A stretch of 25,492 nucleotides of DNA, taken from positions 1 to 25,492 of the forward strand of contig JBBCAX010000069.1 of assembly GCA_051382335.1 (NCBI GenBank), read 5' to 3'. This document shows, piece by piece, positions 16,426 through 25,492 of this stretch. Position 1 is the first letter of the stretch. Each line of letters begins with the position of its first letter. The notes under the pieces were generated by a model, which searched no databases, was not told the DNA's origin, and was given only the letters and a program-made list of their open reading frames with translations. The DNA is from Deltaproteobacteria bacterium TL4 (lineage in GTDB: Bacteria > SAR324 > NAC60-12). The translations under genes and the position numbers were made by a program.

Positions 16426-17652
16426 TCATTGATTCAGAAAGTAATCCTGGATTCCATTAAAAATACCTTCAGCCGTTGCTTGTAAGAAGCTGTCATTTCT
16501 TAAACGTTCGTTCTCTTTGGGGTTGGTAATGAAAGCGAATTCAAGTAAGGCCGCTGGCATTTCTGCTTCCAGTAAAATCAGGAAAGGCGCTTCTTTTACT
16601 CCAAGATCGCGTGGAATTAAGTGATATTGAGAACCCAAAGTCTGAAGAAGTCGAGTCTGAATGGAATGAGCTAAGCGGTTGGAATGAGAAGCAAACTGTA
16701 AACTAAGCAGGTCTCTCAGGATCGTATTGAATTGTTGTACGGCCTCACCACTCATCGCGTTTTCACGTGTTGCCAGTTCCAAGGCTTGGGTATTGGTTGT
16801 CGCCTCAAGATAGTAGGTTTCGATTCCGTGTACTTTTGGATCCGTATTGGCGTTGATGTGAATCGATACGAATAAATCTCCCTTGATGGTTCGTGCCATC
16901 ATGGCTCGTTGTTCTTTGGATAAAAACTGATCCTTTTCTCGTGTTAGCGTTACCTGCACTGAGGTGCGTTTGAGAAAGAGGTGCTTCAATTTCAAAGCGA
17001 TGTCCAAAGTAATGGCTTTTTCGCTAATACCTTGTTCAGAGGCTCCAGGGTCATTCCCACCATGTCCGGGATCAATAATTACATGCCTTGTGTTGGATGG
17101 GTGTGGTGATTTTGTTGTATTTGTAGTGAGAGAGGGTTGGTGTGTTCTCTGAAATTCCAGATTAATGATGTTCTGCTCCCAGTTTTCATAAGTCACAGCT
17201 TTTAAAGTTATCGGAGCTCTGAACTCCATAAATAATCGAGTTATACGTGGTGTGAAGGACGTAACGTTTAGGCGTTGCATCAGACTATTTTTTTCTTCCA
17301 GCATGGCAGTCGCCTGACTTTCATGTTGGCTGTCCAGCAAATCAACATAGAATCCATAGGTGGTGTTTTTTTGCGGGGATCCTGTTAATTGACCGTAAAT
17401 GTAGGGAATCCTGCGATTGGTTTGAATTACAATTTTAGTCCAATTGGTGGTAGACCAATATTGAATGGCTTCGATTCTTGCTTTGGGGAGGACACGCGAT
17501 TCTTCCAAGGGCATCGAAGATACTCCGTATTGAGGCGTAAGGAAATGGTCTCTCGGAGCGGGACTGTCGGCGGGTGGTATTGCAAAGGACGGATGAATGA
17601 GAACAATCAAGGTTAAGGTGGAACAAAAAAACCGAAACCACACATTTCTCAT
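16426..17652 (-). CDS. N-acetylmuramoyl-L-alanine amidase (Amidase_3, AmiC-like, with an AMIN-like N-terminal region)
   Basis: IIDPGHGGNDPGA, EK..TL, LTR, FVSIHIN, LLEFAFITN. The ATG at 17652 overlaps the upstream stop (ATGA) and is followed by a signal peptide. Confidence 0.92.
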   Translation of the reverse strand: MRNVWFRFFCSTLTLIVLIHPSFAIPPADSPAPRDHFLTPQYGVSSMPLEESRVLPKARIEAIQYWSTTNWTKIVIQTNRRIPYIYGQLTGSPQKNTTYGFYVDLLDSQHESQATAMLEEKNSLMQRLNVTSFTPRITRLFMEFRAPITLKAVTYENWEQNIINLEFQRTHQPSLTTNTTKSPHPSNTRHVIIDPGHGGNDPGASEQGISEKAITLDIALKLKHLFLKRTSVQVTLTREKDQFLSKEQRAMMARTIKGDLFVSIHINANTDPKVHGIETYYLEATTNTQALELATRENAMSGEAVQQFNTILRDLLSLQFASHSNRLAHSIQTRLLQTLGSQYHLIPRDLGVKEAPFLILLEAEMPAALLEFAFITNPKENERLRNDSFLQATAEGIFNGIQDYFLNQ

Positions 17653-19853
17653 GAAGCACGCCTTTCGCTCATCGGGGTGTTGCCTCGCGCAGGAGGACTC
17701 CATGCCGGGAGTTTATGAGAAAAGGACTCTTTTTGCGGCTGCGATGTCATCAACGTAACAAAAGGGATCAGCATTTTCAGTTCTTTGCGCAGACCCATCC
17801 GTCTAATTTCAAAACGATCTTTCATTAGGAGTAACGGAAATTGTGAAAACGCTTTGAGTAAATCCATTAACATCAAGGTTTTAGGTAAACCCTCATACAG
17901 GCTGGAATAAGAACCTGCCAAAGCGAACAAAGAGCGGGATAAATGAATATAGTCACCTTTAACAACGAGCCCCAAGTGTTGGGTATTGGACATAAGGTGC
18001 ATGACGGTTTGGCATCGTTTATACAATCCTTCAAGACCTTCTTGAGCCAGGACGGATAGAAAGTTTTTTCCTAGAGGCTTTAGGTCTTTCTTCTTCAGCG
18101 TGTCTTTCAACGCATTACATATTTCTTCACGTCGCTCTAAATTAGCTTCAGGGTCAGTACTGATATTAATCAAGGCATCAGTGAGACGGTCAACATCGGC
18201 AGAGATAGCCCCGACCAAGTACTCCCATACGGGTTCCCATTTGCCTTTCAGATGAACCGTGTTTCCCCAATCGATGAGATAGATTTCCCCTTTGGGACTG
18301 ACCATCACATTGCCTGGGTGCAAATCTCCATGAAATTCATGGTAAACGAAGATGTGTGTCAGGACGGTAAACAAAAAGCGATCGGCGACCTCACGTTGAA
18401 ATTTCTCTTTCTTTTTTCCTGAGTACTTGGAGGTGGCCTGGCTGAGGCTCATTGCGCCATCAAGGTACTCCATCTCCAAAATACGACGGGTGGCAGAATA
18501 GACTTCAGGCACTTTCCATGCTTTGGATTCTTGTGCTCGCAGGGCGAACTTTTGTTGGATCTCCGCTTCATCTTCGAAATTCAATTCACGCTGAAATCCT
18601 TCTATAAACTCTTCAACCTGTTCTTGTAGCGCTTCAAGGAATGGTGCCAGTTTGGAATGAGGGGCCCAGTATTGACTACTGACAAGAGCGAGTCCAATCA
18701 CGGTTTTGCCCATTAAAAACTCACGGTCCAGGTTATGTCTTCCAATCTTGATGATGATCGGAACCAATACTTCTTTACCCTCAATTTCCATCGGTTTTTT
18801 GGCCAGGTAAACGGAACCAATCGAGCCGGACTTGATGGGGTTTTCCGCATCGAAACCAAAGTAACATTCATAGGGGCTTTTACCAAAACATTCTTGAAAG
18901 GCGTCAAGGACTTCGCTTGCGTTCATTGGCGGAACATCTTCCTGGAAGACCTGAAGTTCTTTGGAAATTTCTTCGGGGAGAAAATCCGAGTTTGCTGCGG
19001 CGACTTGTGCCATTTTAATAAAGAAAGGTCCGAATTCACGTACCATCCGAGCCACAATCTGAGCTTGTGTTCCGAAATCCCTGGGATCTGTCTGGAAAAA
19101 AGGCTTAATATAGCGCAAGGCTTTGATCTGGCGTCTGATAATTTGGAGATCTCCGCGGATTACATGAACGCGGTTGATCAGTTCATTGAGCTTTTCCTGG
19201 TTAATCTTACGCGTTTCTTTCAGCAGATTGATTAAGTCAAACAAGAGAGGTTCATAGGTATGTAATACCAGTCTCAGTATATCGAGCGATACCTCATCAA
19301 GTCCTTTCAGTTCCGGAACACTGAACAGTTCATGGAAAAATGTCCAAAATTCATTAATAATGACTTCAGGAACAGGAACAGGACTCCGAGCAATAGATTG
19401 GTTAATCACATACCGGATTAGACTTTCTGTTGTATTTTCATTAGGTATGAAATTTTGTTCCCGGAGGTATGTGGTCAGTTTACGCGTTTGTTGGGTGAGT
19501 GGATGATCATAAAGTGCGGCAAACAAGTTGTCCAAGGTTTGGGTAAGCTGCTCTCGAGTGATCGTGTCATTAGCTACCAGCAGTTGAGAGATTGGAAGAA
19601 AAGCCTGAGGAATTTTAAAGGTTCTGTAGGTAAAGGCTCCCGCTTCCTTGAGCAACTGTTCTGTACGCTGGAATAATGATGCGGCTGCGGCATGGGTCGC
19701 TTTTTTTTGTTTCTTTGGCGCGCTTTCTGTTTCCGCTTGTGGCTTCTGAGTAAACTCAAGCAGCGGTTTTTCTTTGTAAAGAGGCATGGTGACGACTTTG
19801 CTCTCACTTTCGCTATTTTTTTTCGGAACCATTCTTTTCTGTACTGGGCTCAT
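17649..19853 (-). CDS. ABC1/UbiB/AarF-family atypical kinase with a long N-terminal extension
   Basis: GPFFIKMAQ, QEDVPP, SGSIGSVY, RELNFEDEA, MEYLDG, FHGDLHPGN, IDWG. Confidence 0.9.
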   Translation of the reverse strand: MSPVQKRMVPKKNSESESKVVTMPLYKEKPLLEFTQKPQAETESAPKKQKKATHAAAASLFQRTEQLLKEAGAFTYRTFKIPQAFLPISQLLVANDTITREQLTQTLDNLFAALYDHPLTQQTRKLTTYLREQNFIPNENTTESLIRYVINQSIARSPVPVPEVIINEFWTFFHELFSVPELKGLDEVSLDILRLVLHTYEPLLFDLINLLKETRKINQEKLNELINRVHVIRGDLQIIRRQIKALRYIKPFFQTDPRDFGTQAQIVARMVREFGPFFIKMAQVAAANSDFLPEEISKELQVFQEDVPPMNASEVLDAFQECFGKSPYECYFGFDAENPIKSGSIGSVYLAKKPMEIEGKEVLVPIIIKIGRHNLDREFLMGKTVIGLALVSSQYWAPHSKLAPFLEALQEQVEEFIEGFQRELNFEDEAEIQQKFALRAQESKAWKVPEVYSATRRILEMEYLDGAMSLSQATSKYSGKKKEKFQREVADRFLFTVLTHIFVYHEFHGDLHPGNVMVSPKGEIYLIDWGNTVHLKGKWEPVWEYLVGAISADVDRLTDALINISTDPEANLERREEICNALKDTLKKKDLKPLGKNFLSVLAQEGLEGLYKRCQTVMHLMSNTQHLGLVVKGDYIHLSRSLFALAGSYSSLYEGLPKTLMLMDLLKAFSQFPLLLMKDRFEIRRMGLRKELKMLIPFVTLMTSQPQKESFSHKLPAWSPPARGNTPMSERRAS

Positions 19854-20036
19854 CGTGTCTCTTGTGGTAGTAACGATCGTTTTGAAGGACTTCTAGGGTC
19901 TGTGCGTGGGCGTCTGTTTTTTCATAAAATAAGGATCAAGAGTCCAAATAACACCAGATTAAAAAATTTCCCCTTTAAATAATCCTTTTCTTGGTTCGGG
20001 TCAATGACTAAATGAATTCAAAAGCATTTATTAGGT

Positions 20037-23000
20037 TTATTTAGCATTAAGTGACTGAAGATAAACTCCAATTTCTTTTGATAATTGGATCGCTGTTTGA
20101 TGTTCCTTTTGGAATTCAGGCGGTGGGGCTGTTTTTGCGACCAGATCATACTCTTTTTGGGCAAGCTGTAGTTTTTCCTGGTAATGATAAAGCCGTCCCA
20201 AGTGGAAGTGGATCAACAGATACCAGGGCGATTTTTGAGGAATGTTGCGCTTAGCCAGGTTTTCCAGCATCTGACTTGCCCTTGAAATTTGGTTGGCTTT
20301 GCTATCGAGGTTCGCTAATAAAAAAATGGCTTCCAATTCTTCATCAGAAGTTCCTCCTTGATCGGCCTTGATTAACCAGTTTCTTGCGTCTTGTTGGGGG
20401 GTGACTTTTTTATAGGCTTCAGGAGGGAGCAATTGAACCAGAGTTGAACCAATAACATAGGCAAAGTGTTGTTGGTGTTGGGGTTTTAAACGGGGATAAT
20501 TTTCTTCGTAGATTTTTACTTTTTCTGTAAGCTTGTTTTCAAGGGTATAAAGAATACCCAGTTTTTCAATAAAAAAGACACGAGAGTCCAGGTCTTCAGG
20601 CGATAAATTCGCTAAGGCCTGAAGATAAAGGGATTCTGCGCGTTGGAGGTCCTTGAGCTGTTCATAGGCTTGGGCTTGCATTGCGAGGGACTGCGGGGTT
20701 TTTGCGTGCGTCAGATTTTTGGGGGACAGGAGTGTATAGGCATTCAGCACGGCTTGCCAGTTCTTTTGTTGGCTTTCTGCCAAGACTAATAGATCAATGA
20801 CTTGAGGGTCTGATTGCAGAACTCGGGTTTTTAGGTTCTCATTGATGAAAGCGGAGAGTTCTTTCCACGCTTTTGCTGAAACCAAAGTGTTGAGTTTTTG
20901 TTGAATGCGGAACTGTTTGATTTCTTGAATCCGCTGAGTGGCTTCCAGTTGAAGTTTTTGTTGCTCCTCTGATTTTGTTTTGAAGGCGACTACCGCTTGT
21001 AATGAGGTTACGGCTAAATCCCATTCTTTTTTTTGAAGGTGGATCATTGCCAACTGAAAGTGAATAGGCACAAACCAGCGTTGTTCGCTGGGTTTACGGA
21101 GAATCAATTCTGATAATATCTGAATCGCTTGCTCAAAATTTTGTGAATTACTTTCAACTTGGCTTAGAAATAAAAGCGCATTGATTTCTATTTCTTCGGT
21201 TCCGCCTTGATCTACTTTTTTCAACCAGAGTCGGGAGGATTCTACATTTTGTAAGGAGTGGTAGTACACTTGTCCTAGGTAAAAGGCATATTGTTGTTGT
21301 TTTGGTTTGTTTTGCAGGAAGGGGATTAGGTGTTTTTCATAAATTTTGGTCACTTTTTGAAAAGCCTTTTCTTTCAAATAAAGGTCGGCCAATCTCAGTA
21401 CGAGGGGTTCACGTAATTCGGTATCTGTTTCTTTTAGTTGAGCTAAGGCCTTTTCATACAGTAGTTGACTTGGTGCGGATTGGTTCAAAATTTGATAAAC
21501 TTGTGCCCAGTTCATCAAATTTTGTGCTGTGTTGACGTCTTGAGGGTATTTTACTTCCCATTGCTGGTAAAGCGTGACAATGTGAGGCCAATTTTGATTC
21601 TGATGAAGAGCAAAAATCCATAAGCGATAATCCTCACTACTCAATACAAATTCAGGGAGTTGAGAAAACTTCTCCATCCATGAGATTAGAGCGGACCATT
21701 CTTTGAGTTGTTGATAAACGATTTGTAAGGGGCGAAATACTACTTTTTGGTATTCTGGAACGTTGGTTAGGGCAGATAGCTTCGATTTGGCTTCTACCCA
21801 TTTTTCCTTCCGAAGATAACAACTTCCCTGGATGTACGAAAAATAGTTTAATTTCTCCGGTGAGAGGTTTTGCGGTAACGGAGTGAGTTCTTTGAAAATA
21901 GAGTCACAGTCTTGTTGCTTGAAATAGAATTGAATCAGTTCTGTTTTGAAATATAAACGGTGGTCTTCTTGCAACGTGGCGTTGGTCTTTGCATCAATAA
22001 GGAGCGCCTTAATCCTATCGGTTTGCTGGGTTTGCTGGTAAAGGTCCAATAGCTTTTGAATGGAAGAAAAGCTGCCGGCATAGTTTGTGGTTCTTAATGC
22101 CGCTTCAAGTGTTTCTGCCGCAAGTTTGGGTTTATTGTTTTTAATTTGAATTTGGGCCATGTGGGATAACACTTCTCCTAAATAAACGGTATCTTTGCTG
22201 GAATGATATTTTTCATAGAAAGCCAACGCTTTTTGGAGTTCTTGCTGTTGTTCAAAGAGAACTCCTAAGCGGAAAAAAGTAGTGGGTTTATAGGTCGTTT
22301 CGTTAGTCTCCAAATAGTTTTGATAAAGGTGAATCAATTCCAGGCGAATGTTGTCAGAGGGGGTTTCGGATTCAGACGGTATCGCGTCTGACGAGGCGTC
22401 TAAGGCGTGCGAAGGATTTTGTCGTTGTTGAAGTGATTCTGCGTAAGACATTTCTGCTTTCCAAAAAATTGCTGAAGCGTAAAGTGAGGAATCAGGATAG
22501 CTATTAAGCAGAATATCAAAAAATAATTTAGATTGTGAAAATTGTTGTAATTCTCGTTGATTGAGTCCAATTTGGTAGTAGATAAACGCATTCCGCTCTT
22601 GATGATCCGATTGTTGGGCATATTGCAAGAGCCATTGTTGAGCTTGATCCCACTTCTTTTGATAGTGAAAGGACCATCCAAGAATGTATAACCGCTCCAA
22701 TTGATCTTTGTGAAGAAGTGGCGCTGCTTGAAATTCCAAAAGATAGTTGAGGACTTGTTGATAAAAAAATTGTGCTTTTTCAAGAGTCTGCTGACTTCTG
22801 ATCTCCTCTGCGTGGTAAAATGAAGCGTATCCCAGCCAGTAGCGAGCCTCATCACGCAACGTACTCTGAGGAAAATCGGTTAGAAATTGTTGCAGTTGTT
22901 TAAGCGCTTCTTGGTAGTTTTGAAGTTGAGCGAGAAGTGCGCCAATATCCAAAGATACTCTCGCTTTTTTGGAACTGTGGGGGTATTGCTCCAGAAATGA

Positions 23001-23282
23001 TTGGTGTAGAGAGAGCGCTTGTTTTGAGTTGAGATTGGCTTGTTTCAGAGCATGGGCTTGGGAATAAGACGCGTTTTCTCGATATTGTCCTTGAGGAAAG
23101 GAAAGTAGATAACTGCTCGCCACTTGATAAGCGGAAGAATATAGTTCGTCCTCAACCAAGCGGTCCATAAACTCAATTTGCTGCTGTTCCGTCAGTCCTT
23201 CTGTCCAGATAGTTTGGCTTTGAACCTTTGAGAAAACAAGGGTGCCAAACAAAAAGCACAGGAGTATTTTATTCACAAACAT
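20037..23282 (-). CDS. Large secreted tetratricopeptide-repeat protein
   Basis: Signal peptide and multiple TPR-like helical pairs (FL..YP.S, A.YWLG). Confidence 0.88.
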   Translation of the reverse strand: MFVNKILLCFLFGTLVFSKVQSQTIWTEGLTEQQQIEFMDRLVEDELYSSAYQVASSYLLSFPQGQYRENASYSQAHALKQANLNSKQALSLHQSFLEQYPHSSKKARVSLDIGALLAQLQNYQEALKQLQQFLTDFPQSTLRDEARYWLGYASFYHAEEIRSQQTLEKAQFFYQQVLNYLLEFQAAPLLHKDQLERLYILGWSFHYQKKWDQAQQWLLQYAQQSDHQERNAFIYYQIGLNQRELQQFSQSKLFFDILLNSYPDSSLYASAIFWKAEMSYAESLQQRQNPSHALDASSDAIPSESETPSDNIRLELIHLYQNYLETNETTYKPTTFFRLGVLFEQQQELQKALAFYEKYHSSKDTVYLGEVLSHMAQIQIKNNKPKLAAETLEAALRTTNYAGSFSSIQKLLDLYQQTQQTDRIKALLIDAKTNATLQEDHRLYFKTELIQFYFKQQDCDSIFKELTPLPQNLSPEKLNYFSYIQGSCYLRKEKWVEAKSKLSALTNVPEYQKVVFRPLQIVYQQLKEWSALISWMEKFSQLPEFVLSSEDYRLWIFALHQNQNWPHIVTLYQQWEVKYPQDVNTAQNLMNWAQVYQILNQSAPSQLLYEKALAQLKETDTELREPLVLRLADLYLKEKAFQKVTKIYEKHLIPFLQNKPKQQQYAFYLGQVYYHSLQNVESSRLWLKKVDQGGTEEIEINALLFLSQVESNSQNFEQAIQILSELILRKPSEQRWFVPIHFQLAMIHLQKKEWDLAVTSLQAVVAFKTKSEEQQKLQLEATQRIQEIKQFRIQQKLNTLVSAKAWKELSAFINENLKTRVLQSDPQVIDLLVLAESQQKNWQAVLNAYTLLSPKNLTHAKTPQSLAMQAQAYEQLKDLQRAESLYLQALANLSPEDLDSRVFFIEKLGILYTLENKLTEKVKIYEENYPRLKPQHQQHFAYVIGSTLVQLLPPEAYKKVTPQQDARNWLIKADQGGTSDEELEAIFLLANLDSKANQISRASQMLENLAKRNIPQKSPWYLLIHFHLGRLYHYQEKLQLAQKEYDLVAKTAPPPEFQKEHQTAIQLSKEIGVYLQSLNAK

Positions 23283-23306
23283 AGTTGTTTCAATTAAAGA
23301 TAAAAA

Positions 23307-23621
23307 TTATTCAGGAATCTGGGTGATAATGAATTCCCACTGTTCAGGTGTCAGGTTTTGAATCTGAATGACTTTTGAGCGACTTGTATGACCTTGAAGT
23401 ATGGTTATGTTAGCTTTAGCAGTTTTAAAGGCTTTGGCGAGAAATTCAACGCATTTTTCATTTGCCCGATTATCCACTGGCGGTGCCGCGATTTGCAGAT
23501 TGATTTTCCCATTTTGAACCTTTTGCCATCGGGTTTTTGATGCGCGAGGTTTGATCCGCAAATCCAGTGTCAAAACACCCTCTTTCCAAACATAACCTCT
23601 TGAAGTCGTTGCCTTCATCAT
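23307..23621 (-). CDS. DUF167 (YggU/UPF0235) family protein
   Basis: IKPRASK, IAAPPVDNRAN, I..G.TSR.K. Confidence 0.92.
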   Translation of the reverse strand: MMKATTSRGYVWKEGVLTLDLRIKPRASKTRWQKVQNGKINLQIAAPPVDNRANEKCVEFLAKAFKTAKANITILQGHTSRSKVIQIQNLTPEQWEFIITQIPE

Positions 23622-23635
23622 CCTCGTTGTGTGGG

Positions 23636-25363
23636 TTACAATTCTGGAAATTCTTTTTCTTTGATGAGTGTCATGTATTTGATCACTTTTTCAATGACGG
23701 CAGGGTTGGTTACAGGGTACTCATGGAAAATTTGTCCTGATACTGAACGCTCTTCAACGGCCTCTCCATATTTGGAGTCAGCTTCTTTAGCGGCAAAGAC
23801 GAAGTAAGGGATAAACGTGTATTCATCACCTCGGCTGTATCCCATTCCCTTTGATTTTGTTTTGGCCTCACCTCCTAAAATAAACAGAAAATCCGTAGAT
23901 TTTTCGCCTAGTATATGTTGAATCAGAAAGGGAACCGTCCAGTCATGTTTAGGTGTTCTGCGTCTTGCTACTCCATTTTCGCCATAGGTGCTCATCATTT
24001 TATTGACCAGTTTGGTCAGTAAGTTAAAATGACTTCCCAACTTAACACGGCACATGGACAGCTGACCATTGTACTTGGATGCCGATTGACAAAGAAAGAA
24101 AAACGGAACTTGTTTGGCTTTAAGCGGAGTTATCTTGATCTCTGGTTCGGGTTCGGGTTCGGGTTTAGGTTCCGGTGCGGGAAGATGCTCCATTTTCTTT
24201 TGAGGAGGCGGTTCAGTCTTCCTGAATAGTTTTTTCAGTTTGTCCAAAGGGGATCGAAACAGTTTTGTCGAATTTTTGACATTTTGTTTGAATTCCCCCA
24301 GGTCTCCATGCTTTTCACTCAGAGAGGGGATTTCTGCCTTGTGCTGATCATCGACTTGTTCATTGACTTGTGCGACAAGGTTATTAAATTTATTACCGGG
24401 AAGTTGCTTGAGCAATGCAATTTCTTTACTCGGATCCTCAGCAATCCAGGAGGCGATGGTTCTTCCATCGACTTCACAGTTTTCATAAATTTTTTGCTTA
24501 TCAGGATTGTTTTTAAGCCGTTTCTCAAGCCAGTCAAGTAGATATTCCTGTTTCAGAATTTCGAAGTGATAGTAATTATAGTGGTATTCGTGGGCTTTCG
24601 ACGCAATTTTGGTGACGAGTCCCGTTCTGAAGTATATTAAAAAGAAAAGATTGCGGTAATCATATTTTTCAATTACATGAGGGTAACAATAAAGTATTCT
24701 CTTCTCTCGACGCTCCAAAATGCTAGGACCGCTCAGATATTCAACATCCAATTTTTGGTAGATGTATTTTTGGTGCTCAGGCATTACCGAATATTTGACC
24801 AAAACTTTTAAGACTTCTCGGAGTTCTTCCAATATTTTCTTCTTTTCTTCATCGGTAAAACGAGATTTAAACTGCTTTTCTGGATTTCCTATCGTCTTAC
24901 GCATGACATCGATGCATTCAATGGTTTTCTTGATTTTATAGATATCGTATAAAATATGGGCTTCCTTCTCGTAGGGATCTCTTTCCAAATACTCCATCTG
25001 GCCCTCTTTAATTTCAAGCTGGAAGAAGTGAACGAGAAAATCACGAATCCCGCCTTCAGAGTTAAAGGGGAGGATGAAACGGGTGGCTTCTTGCTGGGGT
25101 TCTGGATCCATCGCTTGAACTTCCGCAAGTTTCGGATCAATAAATTGATTTAAAAACCGTCTGGCTCCATTGGTTTCCTGAACGGAAGGCGCTGTTGACT
25201 CAAATTCAATTTCAAAATATTCTTCCTGTTTTTTCTTGAGATGAGTTTGCCACTTGGTTGATTCGGATTGCAACTTCTTCAGGTGGGCGCCCATGTCTTT
25301 GATGGTTTCGGTATGAATCAATTGCGTGACAGAACGATTTGGCTTGGAATCTGACTCTGGCAT
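23636..25363 (-). CDS. Hypothetical protein (575 aa) with a Pro/Glu linker
   Basis: Long Lys/Glu-rich ORF that is first in a same-strand run. PAPEPKPEPEPEPE separates two regions. No family recognised. Confidence 0.8.
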   Translation of the reverse strand: MPESDSKPNRSVTQLIHTETIKDMGAHLKKLQSESTKWQTHLKKKQEEYFEIEFESTAPSVQETNGARRFLNQFIDPKLAEVQAMDPEPQQEATRFILPFNSEGGIRDFLVHFFQLEIKEGQMEYLERDPYEKEAHILYDIYKIKKTIECIDVMRKTIGNPEKQFKSRFTDEEKKKILEELREVLKVLVKYSVMPEHQKYIYQKLDVEYLSGPSILERREKRILYCYPHVIEKYDYRNLFFLIYFRTGLVTKIASKAHEYHYNYYHFEILKQEYLLDWLEKRLKNNPDKQKIYENCEVDGRTIASWIAEDPSKEIALLKQLPGNKFNNLVAQVNEQVDDQHKAEIPSLSEKHGDLGEFKQNVKNSTKLFRSPLDKLKKLFRKTEPPPQKKMEHLPAPEPKPEPEPEPEIKITPLKAKQVPFFFLCQSASKYNGQLSMCRVKLGSHFNLLTKLVNKMMSTYGENGVARRRTPKHDWTVPFLIQHILGEKSTDFLFILGGEAKTKSKGMGYSRGDEYTFIPYFVFAAKEADSKYGEAVEERSVSGQIFHEYPVTNPAVIEKVIKYMTLIKEKEFPEL

Positions 25364-25492
25364 TTTTACTTTACTCTCAGAAAATAAATCTTCATTAATG
25401 AGTCTGTTTATTTAGTTGTTTATCTAAAATTTCTATAAATTTTATTTCGACGAACTTTTTTTAAAAAAAGTCCAACCAATTTCATTTCGCCT

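Overview
Bacterial chromosomal window from a diderm organism (lpxD, AmiC-type amidase, two POTRA-less Omp85-like barrels). A deltaproteobacterial/SAR324-like origin is only an impression. The right half (about 10-25 kb) is envelope and housekeeping genes: an OM beta-barrel, an AmgK-like kinase, an apparently catalytically dead M1-peptidase/Omp85 fusion, lpxD, the amidase, an ABC1/UbiB kinase, a large TPR protein, DUF167 and a hypothetical protein. The left 10 kb is an accessory mosaic. It starts with an FGE-sulfatase (CLec-fold) gene whose 3' end looks like a diversity-generating retroelement (DGR) variable region, with no TR or RT in the window. Next come an array of eight 10-bp pseudo-palindromes, a 5' fragment of a group IIC intron sitting just behind a GTAG-REP hairpin (an uninterrupted copy of that REP element is at 5.4 kb), several REPIN/MITE-like elements and an orphan DUF4351/Rpn tail. 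These are followed by an Rv1683-like hydrolase/acyl-CoA synthetase fusion, a small ORF split by a MITE, and a fragmented PqqD + ATP-grasp cluster next to a frameshifted protein built from tandem ~90-aa Cys-containing repeats. Several abrupt junctions and single-base frameshifts could be real decay or assembly artefacts.
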